This document shows, one piece after another, positions 17,023 through 27,852 of a stretch of 49,637 nt of DNA (position 1 is its first letter; the number at the start of each line of letters is the position of its first letter). Source of the stretch: a virus (lineage: Duplodnaviria > Caudoviricetes). Where the stretch lies: the IMG/VR virus record IMGVR_UViG_3300043173_000413, positions 1 to 49,637 of that record; one strand, 5' to 3'. The notes under the pieces are model-generated. The model was not told the origin of the DNA. It saw only the letters and a program-made list of their open reading frames with translations, and searched no databases. A program made the position numbers and the translations under genes.

Positions 17023-19106
17023 CCTAATCGCCCCCCTTGAATAAAAAGATTTACATTTGTCCATGTCCCACCCCGGGTCAGGGACACTAAGCCATCCAAC
17101 ACTTTGGTCGTCCCGTTATTTGAGGCACCCACACCAGCAACGGTGCAATGCAGATTCGTTCCTACAGGGGAGGTATACAGCGTGTCATTCACGTTTACGC
17201 TGGTGCCAGTGAGCCATGTATTAATACGTTTCATGCTTGCAGGTAGCTTACCCTTAGAGAGTAGGTGGAGGTCGTAGCTGGTATTGGCACTAATGGTTTC
17301 AGAGGACAGAAGCGTAACATAGCTATCGAACATAATTTCTTCTTGCGGAATAGGCGCGTAATTGCCTTTGCCAATGTGGTCACCAAAGACGAGCATGGGC
17401 TTGTGGAACTGAACCGCTTCACCTGAAATGTATCCCCATAATCCAAAACTTACTTCAGTGGCATCTATTGGTATATCGACGGTAACTTCCATCCACTGCT
17501 CTGCCCCATCACCAGAATGCTCGGCGTCTGTGAAACCCGCGCTTGTTAGTATAGCAACAGCCGCGCTTGACGCCGCTGTTGCCGTTGCATAGGCCGCAAA
17601 CGTTACGGTTCTACCACGGAACCTTTTTAAATGGCTCTCCGCAGATGGGTCTAAAGGCCATGATACACGCTTGTTAGCGCCCTGGGGGGTAAAGTTAAGC
17701 CCGCCATCAATAATGTGTAAGGGTAGTGACGCTGCACGGATCCACCCGTCTGGACCAAATGCAGTAGCCCCGAAGTATCCAGGCACCATCCTATATCCTG
17801 TACCAGGGGCACCGGAGTCCGTCAAAGACGTGTCGGTGAGCGTGAAAGAAACATTCTCCACTACGCTATCAACCCTTGCGATAGTCCCGCTGAAATCCCC
17901 GGAGTCAAAAGTAAACAGATCGCCTTCTTTAAGGCCTTGAGTATTCGCGGTAAGGCACACTCCGAATGTGACATCAGTAAGGGTTATCTGCGTGCCGTAC
18001 TCCTCAAGCGTCGATTGGGGGTTAACCGAAAATTTGCTATTGTCGAGGAGGTTGTGAGACCGATATAAATTACCCGTTAGCAGAGTATGTTGTGCAGAAG
18101 TTAAATGGTAATATTCATCTGTAGTTCCGCCTTGAATGGATATCGTGTCATTGTGGGGTATGATAACAGATGGTGTAAAAACAACGTCAAAAGCGCTGTG
18201 AAGCTCTGTAAAAGACGTAGCGCTCTTATAGATAATAACCTTCCCGACCACGAATGCGAAAGTTGATAGTCTGGTTGGTAGTATTAGTGGGGGCTGTGCA
18301 TCATTTGCTTCGGCCAATTTGTAAGAGCCTTGACCGTATAACACATGAACATCACCATCGAATTCCTGATATAGCCAAGCGACTCCGTATCTGTTATTTC
18401 CGATCTCTGCGAGCGTACCACTATCGTCGTCATAATAAAAGTTGTCGATTTGTGATTGATCTGCAACCTCAGTCCATCCGGTGCCGGCGTCACGATAAAG
18501 ATATGTAAATGTATCAGCTCCAGAACTGTCAAACTCAGCCAACGTGTGTTTGTCAGAGATGTAATAAAATGAACCTTCAGAGATATTGAAATTTCTCGTT
18601 CCAGTTTCATTGACAATTAACCCGTCGGACCTTTGGAATCCGTTGACCTCAAAATCCTGAATTAAAATCCGGTGAGCAAAATCAAACCTCCTGCTCCCGG
18701 CTTCAAGGATATGGAGCGTTGTATCTTCACGATAAATAAGCCCAATAATAAATTGTGTCGTGAAATCCACTGTGCTGAAATCATCAGTTGAACTGACTAC
18801 AGGAGCCCCTCCGTTATAATCAATATATGCGTAATTGATAGCATTGTTAGTAAGAGTGACGTTTATATTTTCCGGCCAATCAAAAAAGATTGTATCGCCA
18901 AGGATGTTATCGGTTGTTTTTACTATTCCGCATCCAGCAGCAACAGTTATTGACCCATCAGTGTTATCGGCAAACTCGCCACCGCAAATAAGACCGGACG
19001 ATTGAGTAATGTTAAACCAATCCTGCAAGTTCTCATATGTCGGGATTCCAACAGTATTGAAATTGACATAATCAGCATCGTTAAGTTCTGATTCCCAAAC
19101 AGCCAT
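17019..19106 (-). CDS. Tail fiber / receptor-binding protein
   Basis: 695 aa, beta-rich; QGG..DEYYHLT motif and NLLDNS.F carbohydrate-binding-like C-terminal domain; distal position in the tail module. Confidence 0.7.
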   Translation of the reverse strand: MAVWESELNDADYVNFNTVGIPTYENLQDWFNITQSSGLICGGEFADNTDGSITVAAGCGIVKTTDNILGDTIFFDWPENINVTLTNNAINYAYIDYNGGAPVVSSTDDFSTVDFTTQFIIGLIYREDTTLHILEAGSRRFDFAHRILIQDFEVNGFQRSDGLIVNETGTRNFNISEGSFYYISDKHTLAEFDSSGADTFTYLYRDAGTGWTEVADQSQIDNFYYDDDSGTLAEIGNNRYGVAWLYQEFDGDVHVLYGQGSYKLAEANDAQPPLILPTRLSTFAFVVGKVIIYKSATSFTELHSAFDVVFTPSVIIPHNDTISIQGGTTDEYYHLTSAQHTLLTGNLYRSHNLLDNSKFSVNPQSTLEEYGTQITLTDVTFGVCLTANTQGLKEGDLFTFDSGDFSGTIARVDSVVENVSFTLTDTSLTDSGAPGTGYRMVPGYFGATAFGPDGWIRAASLPLHIIDGGLNFTPQGANKRVSWPLDPSAESHLKRFRGRTVTFAAYATATAASSAAVAILTSAGFTDAEHSGDGAEQWMEVTVDIPIDATEVSFGLWGYISGEAVQFHKPMLVFGDHIGKGNYAPIPQEEIMFDSYVTLLSSETISANTSYDLHLLSKGKLPASMKRINTWLTGTSVNVNDTLYTSPVGTNLHCTVAGVGASNNGTTKVLDGLVSLTRGGTWTNVNLFIQGGRLG

Positions 19107-19114
19107 ATAACCCC

Positions 19115-19438
19115 CTAAATTACGATCTCAAAATCAATTTCACCAGATATAGAAACACCTCGGACAGCTGTGACTGGGGAAATAATCGAATCGGAAAAAG
19201 TGCCTGTTTTATCGCCTTGCGGCCAATCCTGCCACGTTGCCGTGTCAGCTACGACATCGGCGTCAGACGATGTCGTGTATTGAATTTTAGCCGTGTTTGC
19301 CCCTGCAATGACCGTGCACGTTACCCGGCCCCCAGGCGGCAAAGGCGGAATCGCAATAGCATCTGACGTGATTCCGTCTGCCAAAGTTTCCGTATATGTA
19401 AACCCGTTGTATCGACCTTCTCTTGGTGTCATTACCAT
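19115..19438 (-). CDS. Small virion/tail protein
   Basis: Beta-rich ORF in the tail module with RBS. Confidence 0.6.
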   Translation of the reverse strand: MVMTPREGRYNGFTYTETLADGITSDAIAIPPLPPGGRVTCTVIAGANTAKIQYTTSSDADVVADTATWQDWPQGDKTGTFSDSIISPVTAVRGVSISGEIDFEIVI

Positions 19439-19466
19439 AATTTTGTCCTTTCAAATAAAGTAAACT

Positions 19467-21167
19467 TTACATTCTAAAGCCCATAGATATCGTTCGAACT
19501 ACTTCATCACGATTTGTCACAATTTGTTTTATTGCATCAGATAGAGCCTCATTTAATGTGCCGGTTTTTGGATCATATTCACCTTCAATTATCCCATCCT
19601 CTGCAACACCAATAGAACAAGCTACTTCGAGAAACCGCTCACCCGGTTGTCCGTCATCAAATATAGTAGCCTGAACAAAATATATTTGGCATAGAGTCGT
19701 TTTCGTATGCACAACTATATGCTCGAACTTATTTATAAAATACAATATCACTTCATCATCATTAATTGAGAATACTTCGAGGGCACCTATTGGAGTTTCA
19801 AACGTTAGAGTTGTGCTGTACTGCCAATCGGAATCAGCGTCACTCGATATGGCGTGGTATTCTGTATGTGTCGGGCTGGTTTGGATCTCACGGGTAACAT
19901 CATTCGACCACCAGTCCACAGTGTCCCCGCCTCCAATGCTGAGATAGGCTTTAAAGTCTAAATAAGTGTTAGTTTTTGACCGATAACAACTACTCATGAG
20001 ATAGTTAGCAATCGCTATGTAAAAATCTATAACTCTGTTACTCTCGCGAAGCACAGTGTGATACCTTTCACGAGGATAAACGTCAGGAGGATCTAACGCC
20101 ACCCATTCGGTGTATTCGTGAGTGACCACCCTTTCCGACACCTCAAGTGAAAAATAACTATACATAGAATCGCCGCAAGAAGAATCAGTATCGTCATCGT
20201 AATACGAAGTACCGTGCTCAAATGTGTCCAGAGGTTCAACTTCCACAGGATCTAAATACGAACTGTCCCAATGACGAGTTATCGCAGCGCTTATTGTCTT
20301 ACTGAGCCAATATGACAAATCGTCATGTTGGCAAGGCATGCTAACGAATCCGCCAATCCCATCGGGAATGGTTGTGGCAAAAGCGTTTGTTTCAATATCC
20401 CAAACGAATGACGTAATGTCACTACTCCCATACCATCCTATTTCGACAATTAACCAAGTATAACACGACTTAGGATTATCTTTAAAACCTATGATCTTCG
20501 GCGATTCCCAATCTTGATTATCAAACATGATAAGCACTTCATCATCGGCCTCAAAAGCTCCGCCGTCACAAGACATGTATTCGATAGGGACACTTGATAA
20601 ATCAGTTGTTTGATTAACGTCTATGTTTTGTTGACTACTTGAGGCGGCTTCTAATGTAACGTCCGCTTCATTTCCGTTACGAGAGTTAATAACACCGAAA
20701 CGAAATGTGGGCTTCCATTTCTGCCATCCCGGTAACATTGCCAAATTGTAAAAAAATTGTTCAGCTGTAGTTGCGATGACAGGAAGTAATTGACCGTCAC
20801 GACTTGTTGAATATGCAGCATTCTCCTCATATCCAGGTTGAATTAACAGAACCCCTCGTTCGCCAGGAACCTCGACAGTACCCACATTGCCGGTCAACTC
20901 TTCAGATAAATCAGCACACCATGCTGATACCGTTTCATCTTCAGGGATATTATTCTCAAGAAAATCTTTCCGTTTTTCAAGTCCGGTTCTTTGTAATTTA
21001 ACAACATTTCTTTCAGGTCCATCAGGGAGCAATGCAATTCGTTCGGTTAAAGTGACGATTCTAATTTCGAGCGCGGCTATTTCAGCGTTAATTTTGTCAC
21101 GATAAAAATTAACTTCAACCTGATACTGCCCATCTGTTCCGCCACTTATGATCGCGCCTTTACCCAT
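19467..21167 (-). CDS. Tail tip/baseplate-region protein
   Basis: 566 aa in the tail module; N-terminal coiled coil and VPIEYM.C...AF...DEV motif. Confidence 0.6.
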   Translation of the reverse strand: MGKGAIISGGTDGQYQVEVNFYRDKINAEIAALEIRIVTLTERIALLPDGPERNVVKLQRTGLEKRKDFLENNIPEDETVSAWCADLSEELTGNVGTVEVPGERGVLLIQPGYEENAAYSTSRDGQLLPVIATTAEQFFYNLAMLPGWQKWKPTFRFGVINSRNGNEADVTLEAASSSQQNIDVNQTTDLSSVPIEYMSCDGGAFEADDEVLIMFDNQDWESPKIIGFKDNPKSCYTWLIVEIGWYGSSDITSFVWDIETNAFATTIPDGIGGFVSMPCQHDDLSYWLSKTISAAITRHWDSSYLDPVEVEPLDTFEHGTSYYDDDTDSSCGDSMYSYFSLEVSERVVTHEYTEWVALDPPDVYPRERYHTVLRESNRVIDFYIAIANYLMSSCYRSKTNTYLDFKAYLSIGGGDTVDWWSNDVTREIQTSPTHTEYHAISSDADSDWQYSTTLTFETPIGALEVFSINDDEVILYFINKFEHIVVHTKTTLCQIYFVQATIFDDGQPGERFLEVACSIGVAEDGIIEGEYDPKTGTLNEALSDAIKQIVTNRDEVVRTISMGFRM

Positions 21168-22831
21168 TACGCTTCCGCCACCTCCATCTGTTGTGATCCA
21201 CCGCCAATAACGTGAGTGATCAAACCGACTTCGAACACATCAGACCCTACTGTGAAACTATCTCCCGGATTGAGATCAAAGTCAGCCCTTGGGAAACGAT
21301 ATCTTGCTTTTGCATTTGCTGATAGCGTGTAATAAAAAGGACTTTGCCTCGTCCTAAAACCCTTTGTAGAATAAGTATTAGTTCTGTGACCCGATAGAGT
21401 TATTGATTGTTTGTTTGCACCCTGATGAATAACGACATTTTCAAGCGTAACTCTCGCGATCTCCTCTCTTTGGATATAGGAATCATTTTGCCTATATGCC
21501 ATTTCAACTACCATGTCAGCATCCGCTCGAACCGAGATGGCACCTGAGTAATCAAGCCCAGGAATAACAACGGATAAATACGACGGGTCACCGTTTCTCA
21601 GTCTGCTTTGAAACGATGATATAGGAATCTCAATATCTGGTATTCCCGGAACTTTCGTTAGCGAAAATAGGTAACAAATATACGCACGTTCAGTTGTGAA
21701 TGTCACGGCGGCAGGATCTTCAGGATCTTCAGGATCACCTGTCGTGATAGAAAATCCTATGATTATTTCAGGTGACGCTAAAAGAATTGCTAAATCAGAA
21801 TCGTGATCGCTTGTGACTGTGATTTCAGGCGATGCTAAAAATAAACTGATATTAGTTGCCATACTCGACGATATTAAAATTTCAGGCGTCTGAATAAGCG
21901 CACCGGTAAATATTTCACCAATTGAATGAGAGGAATTAATTATTGCTTCAGGTGACGAAAGCTGAATCTGTATATCTGATGACGCTCCGATCACAATTTG
22001 GGCTTCCGGTTGAGCCACTGATATCTGAGTATCTGACGAGTTTGATAACGCCACAACAATTTCAGGCGTTTCAATTCCGACCCCAATGAATAAATCCCCA
22101 GACGATTGTATGACTACAATTGACGCTTCAGGCGAACCAATGTCGATTTGTATATCTGCTGAATTTGATAACTCTATAATAATTTCGGGCGTTTGAATTG
22201 TACCATCCCAGGGGAGAGGATCTTCATAGGGCGCCGTAGGTGGAGTGAAGTCAGATGACCATGCAGCTTCCCCCTTGAGGATTCGGAACTCGTCTATGAA
22301 TCCCACAAGGCTATACGTAATGAGGTTACCCGCGTTACCAATGGTTAAATCATCAGCGGAACCAATTGCTACGGTATTTGTGGTGGATGCCTGCTCGACC
22401 CCGTTATAATATAAAGTGGTTGTACCTGAAAGCTTTACTAAAGCAATATGAACTTGCTGACTTGTTGGCGGAGGGGATGTCTCAATGAGAGTTACCCCGC
22501 CTACTCGCCATTGCAGCACACCGCCAATGGTTCGAATGTAGTAATCACGATCCCCGATATCGAACTGATAATTAGTAGCCGAAAAACTCGACTTCCACAC
22601 CCAATAGTCGATAGTGAAGTCACCCGTTCCTAAATCGAAGTCGCCGTCATTGGTAACAACCAGGCCGCCACTACCCTCAAATCGAATACTTGTCGCGCCG
22701 AATTTTTGTTGGTTAGTCGAATGGTACGCAGTACCACTTTTAGCCATCGGATGATCATTGCCCGAACTATCGACAAAGGTCGTCGATTCGTGCGTGGTGT
22801 CAGAATGGATTAATAGAACGGGGTCACCCAT
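21167..22831 (-). CDS. Tail protein with LamG/concanavalin-like domain, SPE repeats and a hub-like C-terminus
   Basis: LLIH.D, KFG..SI.F.G, DFTID.W, HIALV, GFIDEFRI.KG.A....FTPPT.PY; (S/T/Q)PE repeats. Confidence 0.75.
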   Translation of the reverse strand: MGDPVLLIHSDTTHESTTFVDSSGNDHPMAKSGTAYHSTNQQKFGATSIRFEGSGGLVVTNDGDFDLGTGDFTIDYWVWKSSFSATNYQFDIGDRDYYIRTIGGVLQWRVGGVTLIETSPPPTSQQVHIALVKLSGTTTLYYNGVEQASTTNTVAIGSADDLTIGNAGNLITYSLVGFIDEFRILKGEAAWSSDFTPPTAPYEDPLPWDGTIQTPEIIIELSNSADIQIDIGSPEASIVVIQSSGDLFIGVGIETPEIVVALSNSSDTQISVAQPEAQIVIGASSDIQIQLSSPEAIINSSHSIGEIFTGALIQTPEILISSSMATNISLFLASPEITVTSDHDSDLAILLASPEIIIGFSITTGDPEDPEDPAAVTFTTERAYICYLFSLTKVPGIPDIEIPISSFQSRLRNGDPSYLSVVIPGLDYSGAISVRADADMVVEMAYRQNDSYIQREEIARVTLENVVIHQGANKQSITLSGHRTNTYSTKGFRTRQSPFYYTLSANAKARYRFPRADFDLNPGDSFTVGSDVFEVGLITHVIGGGSQQMEVAEA

Positions 22832-22858
22832 ACTTACATTCCTCCTGCTTTGGGGAAA

Positions 22859-23305
22859 TTAGGTAAGGCTCACTGCAATATTCTGAAGCTGAATACTTGA
22901 GGCGTCATTGATTGTGTAGTCAGTCCCGAAATCAACACACGCAATGACTGTATCATCGGCAGTGGTGTCATCATAAATGATATACGCCCCTGTCGGCCCG
23001 ATAGCGCCCCCTGAAGCCGTCCATGTGGCGTTGTCCCAAGTTACAGCAGCCTTGTCGTTTGTATCGTCTTCCACAAGGCTAACGCCGGTTAGCACTTTAG
23101 CATCCTGCGTATACCCGTACTCTGTAGCGAGTTGATCAGAAGTAACGTCGGAAAGTGTAGCGTGACTGTCTTTGTCAAAGGTAAAAGTTGCGTTCATCAG
23201 GATCACTTTGAAAACATCACCCCCACTACCAAAGTTAACATCACCACTTGCAATTTTAAATTTAGCATGGTTTGAAACTGTCGCCACTACTGCCATTTTA
23301 TCCAT
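22859..23305 (-). CDS. Minor tail structural protein
   Basis: FKVILM, GYT.....LT, WTASGG.IGP, IYDDT..D motifs common in phage tail proteins. Confidence 0.7.
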   Translation of the reverse strand: MDKMAVVATVSNHAKFKIASGDVNFGSGGDVFKVILMNATFTFDKDSHATLSDVTSDQLATEYGYTQDAKVLTGVSLVEDDTNDKAAVTWDNATWTASGGAIGPTGAYIIYDDTTADDTVIACVDFGTDYTINDASSIQLQNIAVSLT

Positions 23306-23645
23306 CCTCTCTATTTTTAATTAAAATTGTCATCGACAAGTCACCGTTATCAATTCTGACCCTCTGTATTGAAGAGTAGAAAAGACCATCGGAAATCGAA
23401 ACTAAAACAAAAGTTTCATTTTTAAATATACCCCATAAAAGATCAGATTGCGCTTTATTGAGTCGTGCATAAACTGAAAGAGTCCTGTCACCATCTGAAT
23501 ATCCGCTATGAGTAATTACACTGCCGCCGTCAAGGGTCACCACTCTGCTAATTCTCACAGTATTGCTTTTGAGTACTGAAGTTAACGTTTCGTTAATAAT
23601 GACAGCGCCCGTAATGTTTTGAACAATAGATGAAATAGATATCAT
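23298..23645 (-). CDS. Putative distal tail protein (Dit-like)
   Basis: Immediately after the tape measure gene; R..TLDGG motif. Confidence 0.55.
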   Translation of the reverse strand: MISISSIVQNITGAVIINETLTSVLKSNTVRISRVVTLDGGSVITHSGYSDGDRTLSVYARLNKAQSDLLWGIFKNETFVLVSISDGLFYSSIQRVRIDNGDLSMTILIKNREDG

Positions 23646-26227
23646 GTCGGTATTCCTAATAAAAATTCAGCAGCGGATTCGGACGCCCTGGCTTGAACTT
23701 TTTGAATTATTTCCCACATTACAAGTTCAAGCGACGGCTCTAAACCAGTTGAATCAATTTTTATTTCCATCTCTCCACCAGTTTCTTCAAACGCTTTGTT
23801 TTTTAATTCAAGATATTTCGTTTGCTGTTCAACTAAACTTTTTTGTAAATTGAATTCTTGCTCTCTAAACTCCTGCTCTTGCCTTAAAACGTCTTGAGCC
23901 GCCCATTTTTCAATAAAACCTTCACCCTGTCCCATAGCCCCTAATGCCACACCTATTAAATCGCCTGTGCTTTTAATACCCACATTTACAGAATCGAACG
24001 CTGACTCGACTTTGCGCATATCCGATTCAAATTCTGCTATTTCAATTTTCGCGGTCCATTCAACGGCAGTCTGTAAATTCTCAGCATTGGCTTTGATCTG
24101 CGCAATATTTTGATCAACCTCTTTGATATCAAGTTTAGTTAAGATTTCAAGAGTCTTTAACGGGTCAAGATTTTTTGCAAGTTCTTCGGCGCTTTTCTCA
24201 GCTTTTGATGTATCAATTTCCGCTTCAATTGGAATTTTAATAGTTTGCCAGCCGCCGGATTCTGTCCAGAATGCAAGTTCACTGAATGCCTGTTTTGCTT
24301 CTGAAGTATCGGCCTTAATTTCAACCACGACAGGATCGGCAATTAATCCGGCGATAATGTTTTTGACTTCGTCAAAATCACCTCTTTCAATAGCGGCTGT
24401 TATTTTGGTTGAAATGTCCGGCGGAATCTCTTCAAACAAACTTGTGTATTCTAATATTTCTTCCGAAGGCGTATCAGCGGAAACAGTCGTTAATGCTTCA
24501 TCGGGAATTGCATCAATTAACTCCCCGGCCTTTATAAAATCCCCTGCATCTAACGCGGCCGAGATAGGTATCGATATCTCGTCAGGAAGTTCTAAGGAAG
24601 CAAGAACTTCGTTCATTTCTTTGATTTTTGCGGCGGAATCTTCTTCAGCTTTTGTAATGCCGAGTAACGATTTAATAGCAGTATCAGCAGCGACACCGAT
24701 GGCCCCTAAACCTACAACAAGACCAACAGGGCCGGTTATTAACGCCACAAGCGAACCTATACCGCTTATCAATGCCCCGCCTGTTGAAACGATACCTCCA
24801 AGTACAGCAAGTTGAGTACCTATGGCTATAACATTCCCAACAAGTGATTTTGACCCCTCGTCAAGATCGTTAAACCATTTCACCATGTTTGAAATTGCAG
24901 TAATCGCCGGAGAAAAAGCATCGACCATTCCACCTGTTACCGTAACAACACTTTCGATCGAATCTATTATTGTTTGGATTGCGTTTTTAAGACCTTCGAG
25001 TGTAGTTAAGTCAAAATCTTCACGGGCAAAAATGTCGCCTATTTGGTTCCATATTTCATCGGCGGCATCAACAAGTCCTGAGAAGTCAGCACCTTCAAAA
25101 GCTCCAGGTATATCTTCGGCAATATCAGCAAAAAGTGAAGCGATTCTTTTTTTCGCAGTATCCCATATTGTAAGGTCACCAAAGCTTATTGCGACTGTTC
25201 GCCAAGCTGATTCGATTCGTTTCGAAAAGTCTTCTATCTTTACCGTTTCAGTAGCTTTTACAAAATCTTTAATTGAAGTTGTGGCCGTAGAAATTGACAG
25301 GGCAGCTTTAGTCCCTAACTCTTCAAATTGCGTTCCGAGCAAGCCCACACCAGCTTGCATTTTTATGGATTCTTTGTCAGTTTCATTAAGCTTCTTTATG
25401 ACGAGGTTGAATGCTTCAATTATCGTCGTTTTACCTGAATCGATATTAGCCGTTAGTGTAGCGTTATCGAGACCTATAAGTGAGAGAGCGTCTTTCGTTG
25501 TTTTGCTGTCGTCAAGAATTCGCTTGCGGAATTCACCGAAAGCATCGGCAGCCTTATCTACTCCGAGCCAACCTTCTTGAAAACCTGTTTCAAGAACTGA
25601 AAAGAACTGCCCGGCATCAGCACCACCGTTTGCAAATTGAACCGAATATTCCCCTATTGATTCCAAGAAATCGCCCGAACCGTCTAAACCGTCTTGAAAG
25701 CCTTTAGCAACAAACCCGAAAGCTGTTTCGGAATCTATTCCGAAATTTTTGGTTAAAGTGCTTATCGCTGATAACGATTGCTCATACTCAACCCCGAAAA
25801 CCTCTTGAAGTTTAAGGGCTTGTTCTGTAACTTTCCCAATATCAACGGACGCGTCGTCCCCGAATTTCTTTTGGGCAAGGGTAACGGCTTCAAATGCTGA
25901 AGCAAGATCATCCGCGTATCCAGTAGTATAAACTTCCTTTGCGATCTTTTCGAAACGTTCAACTTCCTCGACGGGTAAGCCAAGTGAAGCTTGCATTTTT
26001 AACGATGCGGTTTCTATGTCGGATGACATTTTAATTCCAGCAATGGCTATTCCAGCAATGGCCGTGTTTAAAGCCGCCACATATCCCGCAGCGTCAGCAA
26101 ACGGCGCGCCGATGTCACCAATGCTGTCACCGAAGGCCTCCGCGTTCCCGCCTATGGTTTTCAGCGTTCCTGAAACGTTGTCAACACCGGCAAAGATGAT
26201 TTCAATTGTCTTCTTAACGTCTGGCAT
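23642..26227 (-). CDS. Tail tape measure protein
   Basis: 861 aa, Ala/Gly-rich helical; D.LESI.EYS.QF, DKAADAF.EF, GTQFE.LG motifs; follows the chaperone gene. Confidence 0.9.
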   Translation of the reverse strand: MPDVKKTIEIIFAGVDNVSGTLKTIGGNAEAFGDSIGDIGAPFADAAGYVAALNTAIAGIAIAGIKMSSDIETASLKMQASLGLPVEEVERFEKIAKEVYTTGYADDLASAFEAVTLAQKKFGDDASVDIGKVTEQALKLQEVFGVEYEQSLSAISTLTKNFGIDSETAFGFVAKGFQDGLDGSGDFLESIGEYSVQFANGGADAGQFFSVLETGFQEGWLGVDKAADAFGEFRKRILDDSKTTKDALSLIGLDNATLTANIDSGKTTIIEAFNLVIKKLNETDKESIKMQAGVGLLGTQFEELGTKAALSISTATTSIKDFVKATETVKIEDFSKRIESAWRTVAISFGDLTIWDTAKKRIASLFADIAEDIPGAFEGADFSGLVDAADEIWNQIGDIFAREDFDLTTLEGLKNAIQTIIDSIESVVTVTGGMVDAFSPAITAISNMVKWFNDLDEGSKSLVGNVIAIGTQLAVLGGIVSTGGALISGIGSLVALITGPVGLVVGLGAIGVAADTAIKSLLGITKAEEDSAAKIKEMNEVLASLELPDEISIPISAALDAGDFIKAGELIDAIPDEALTTVSADTPSEEILEYTSLFEEIPPDISTKITAAIERGDFDEVKNIIAGLIADPVVVEIKADTSEAKQAFSELAFWTESGGWQTIKIPIEAEIDTSKAEKSAEELAKNLDPLKTLEILTKLDIKEVDQNIAQIKANAENLQTAVEWTAKIEIAEFESDMRKVESAFDSVNVGIKSTGDLIGVALGAMGQGEGFIEKWAAQDVLRQEQEFREQEFNLQKSLVEQQTKYLELKNKAFEETGGEMEIKIDSTGLEPSLELVMWEIIQKVQARASESAAEFLLGIPT

Positions 26228-26399
26228 TTCGTTCCTTCATTTCAGAAAAAAAGCGGTCCCAAAGTTCAATTTCAATATCCGCCAATCGGCCATACGGGAA
26301 CATATCAGGTAATACTTGAAATAGAAATGCCTTATTGTGGAAGCACAGGGCCAATGCCGTTTTGACCCTGTTGTCTTTCCACAGGCGATCTACTCCCCC
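26214..26399 (-). CDS. -1 frameshift extension of the tail chaperone (gpGT-like)
   Basis: The -1 frame from GGGGGAG (26393-26399) is open: GVDRLWKD...DIEIELWDRFFSEMKERNARR*. Confidence 0.7.
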   Translation of the reverse strand, partial: GGVDRLWKDNRVKTALALCFHNKAFLFQVLPDMFPYGRLADIEIELWDRFFSEMKERNARR

Positions 26400-26824
26400 A
26401 AGCGGCCCTGCCCCGTAAGTGAAATAATCTTATTTGTCAGTTTGTAAAACGTTGTCGGGAAGTTATGAGCCAACTTTACCGCTATATTCTGCGGACACTT
26501 CGGAGAAACCGAACCTGAAACCAGCAAAGAAAACCGGCGCACAAGTTCACCAGGAGCTTTACTCGTAGGTAAACCGAGAGTTTCTTTAACAGCTTCAATT
26601 TTCTCTTTACCTGAACCGGCAGCAAGGGCGCCGATTAAACCGTCGATGTTCCGGTTATTCTCCACGGCATCGTTTGCTTCCGCAAGTTCACTACCTGACA
26701 AACATTTAACGACCCATACCGGCTTTTCATTTTCACCGAAAAATTTCGCAAGTTCGGGAACCGGAATATCGGCGGTCCTGTCCTTGAACTGTTTCTGCTC
26801 GAATTTTGAGATATCGAAAGCCAT
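26390..26824 (-). CDS. Tail assembly chaperone (gpG-like)
   Basis: Between the major tail and tape measure genes; ends at slippery GGGGGAG. Confidence 0.75.
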   Translation of the reverse strand: MAFDISKFEQKQFKDRTADIPVPELAKFFGENEKPVWVVKCLSGSELAEANDAVENNRNIDGLIGALAAGSGKEKIEAVKETLGLPTSKAPGELVRRFSLLVSGSVSPKCPQNIAVKLAHNFPTTFYKLTNKIISLTGQGRLGE

Positions 26825-27843
26825 TAGTTAGCGAACCCCGCGCTTGAGGTTTCAGATGAAATTGTAACGGCGGCCTGATTCTGATCCGCAACAGGGAACG
26901 TCCGAGCGACACCGATAGTTCCCTGCGTGAGAATAAACGGGGTTTTATTCCGGTCGGGATAATGCCGAACAGTAGTCACCTGATCCTGTTCGGCCAACAG
27001 GGCATCGGTTACGTTGTCATCCATCAAGGCGACAAAACTTCCCTGGCCCAGGGATGTTGACACGGCGCCAATGGTACCGTCGTAGAACTGCGTTGACGCC
27101 ACAGAATGACTGTTTTCAGCCGGTGTGAAGTCAAGGGTCCGGGAAATCTCTGTGAAAATTGGAGCGTAATATCTGACATACACCTGTTTGTATGTTGCAC
27201 TCGCATGGATGGGCGGCAATGCGGATCCGAGTTTGATATAAGCGTTTTTCTTCGCCGATACCGCCGCTTTGTCACCCTCGCCGATAGGGTTAACCGACCA
27301 TGTGGGGAAGTCATATCTTTCCGTATGCTGCCCTACCACCTGGAAGATCTCATCGGCTGAAATAGCCGCCGCCGTCTCAGTGATAACCCTGACCTGTCCA
27401 ACCTCGACTGAATCAGCAGGGATTTCAGGAGGACCGCCGGGATCGCCGCGAACCACAGAGAATGTCTGATCGGCACTATCATCCCCGGCAACGACTGCAA
27501 CGGCGCCCGCACTGGTCATCGTGATGGAATTGATTTTTGCCTTATCACCGGTGGGTCTGGTGATTGTATCGGTCGTTGCTGATACCGATTTGAGTATTCC
27601 GATTGAATACGCCGTGAACGCCGCGATGGTTACGGTATCATTTGTGGCGTGGGTTGAAAGAACACCACGACCCGTCACGATGCCGTTAGGCCGGATGATC
27701 GGAGCAAAACCTGATTTGCCTGAATAGATTGTTCCGCCTGAAATTGTATGAACGATGTGATCGCCACTATCAGCCATTGCCGCGTAATCATAAAGCGTTT
27801 GGCCCGATTCAAAATCGATTTTTGCGTTTTTGCTTGTTGCCAT
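26824..27843 (-). CDS. Major tail (tube) protein
   Basis: 339 aa, Thr/Ser/Ala-rich; position between the tail terminator and chaperone genes. Confidence 0.7.
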   Translation of the reverse strand: MATSKNAKIDFESGQTLYDYAAMADSGDHIVHTISGGTIYSGKSGFAPIIRPNGIVTGRGVLSTHATNDTVTIAAFTAYSIGILKSVSATTDTITRPTGDKAKINSITMTSAGAVAVVAGDDSADQTFSVVRGDPGGPPEIPADSVEVGQVRVITETAAAISADEIFQVVGQHTERYDFPTWSVNPIGEGDKAAVSAKKNAYIKLGSALPPIHASATYKQVYVRYYAPIFTEISRTLDFTPAENSHSVASTQFYDGTIGAVSTSLGQGSFVALMDDNVTDALLAEQDQVTTVRHYPDRNKTPFILTQGTIGVARTFPVADQNQAAVTISSETSSAGFAN

Positions 27844-27852
27844 TTTTTACCT

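Noticed and set aside
24123-25580. Long + strand ORFs (230 and 252 aa)
   Set aside because: Antisense shadows of the tape measure gene; no RBS or motifs
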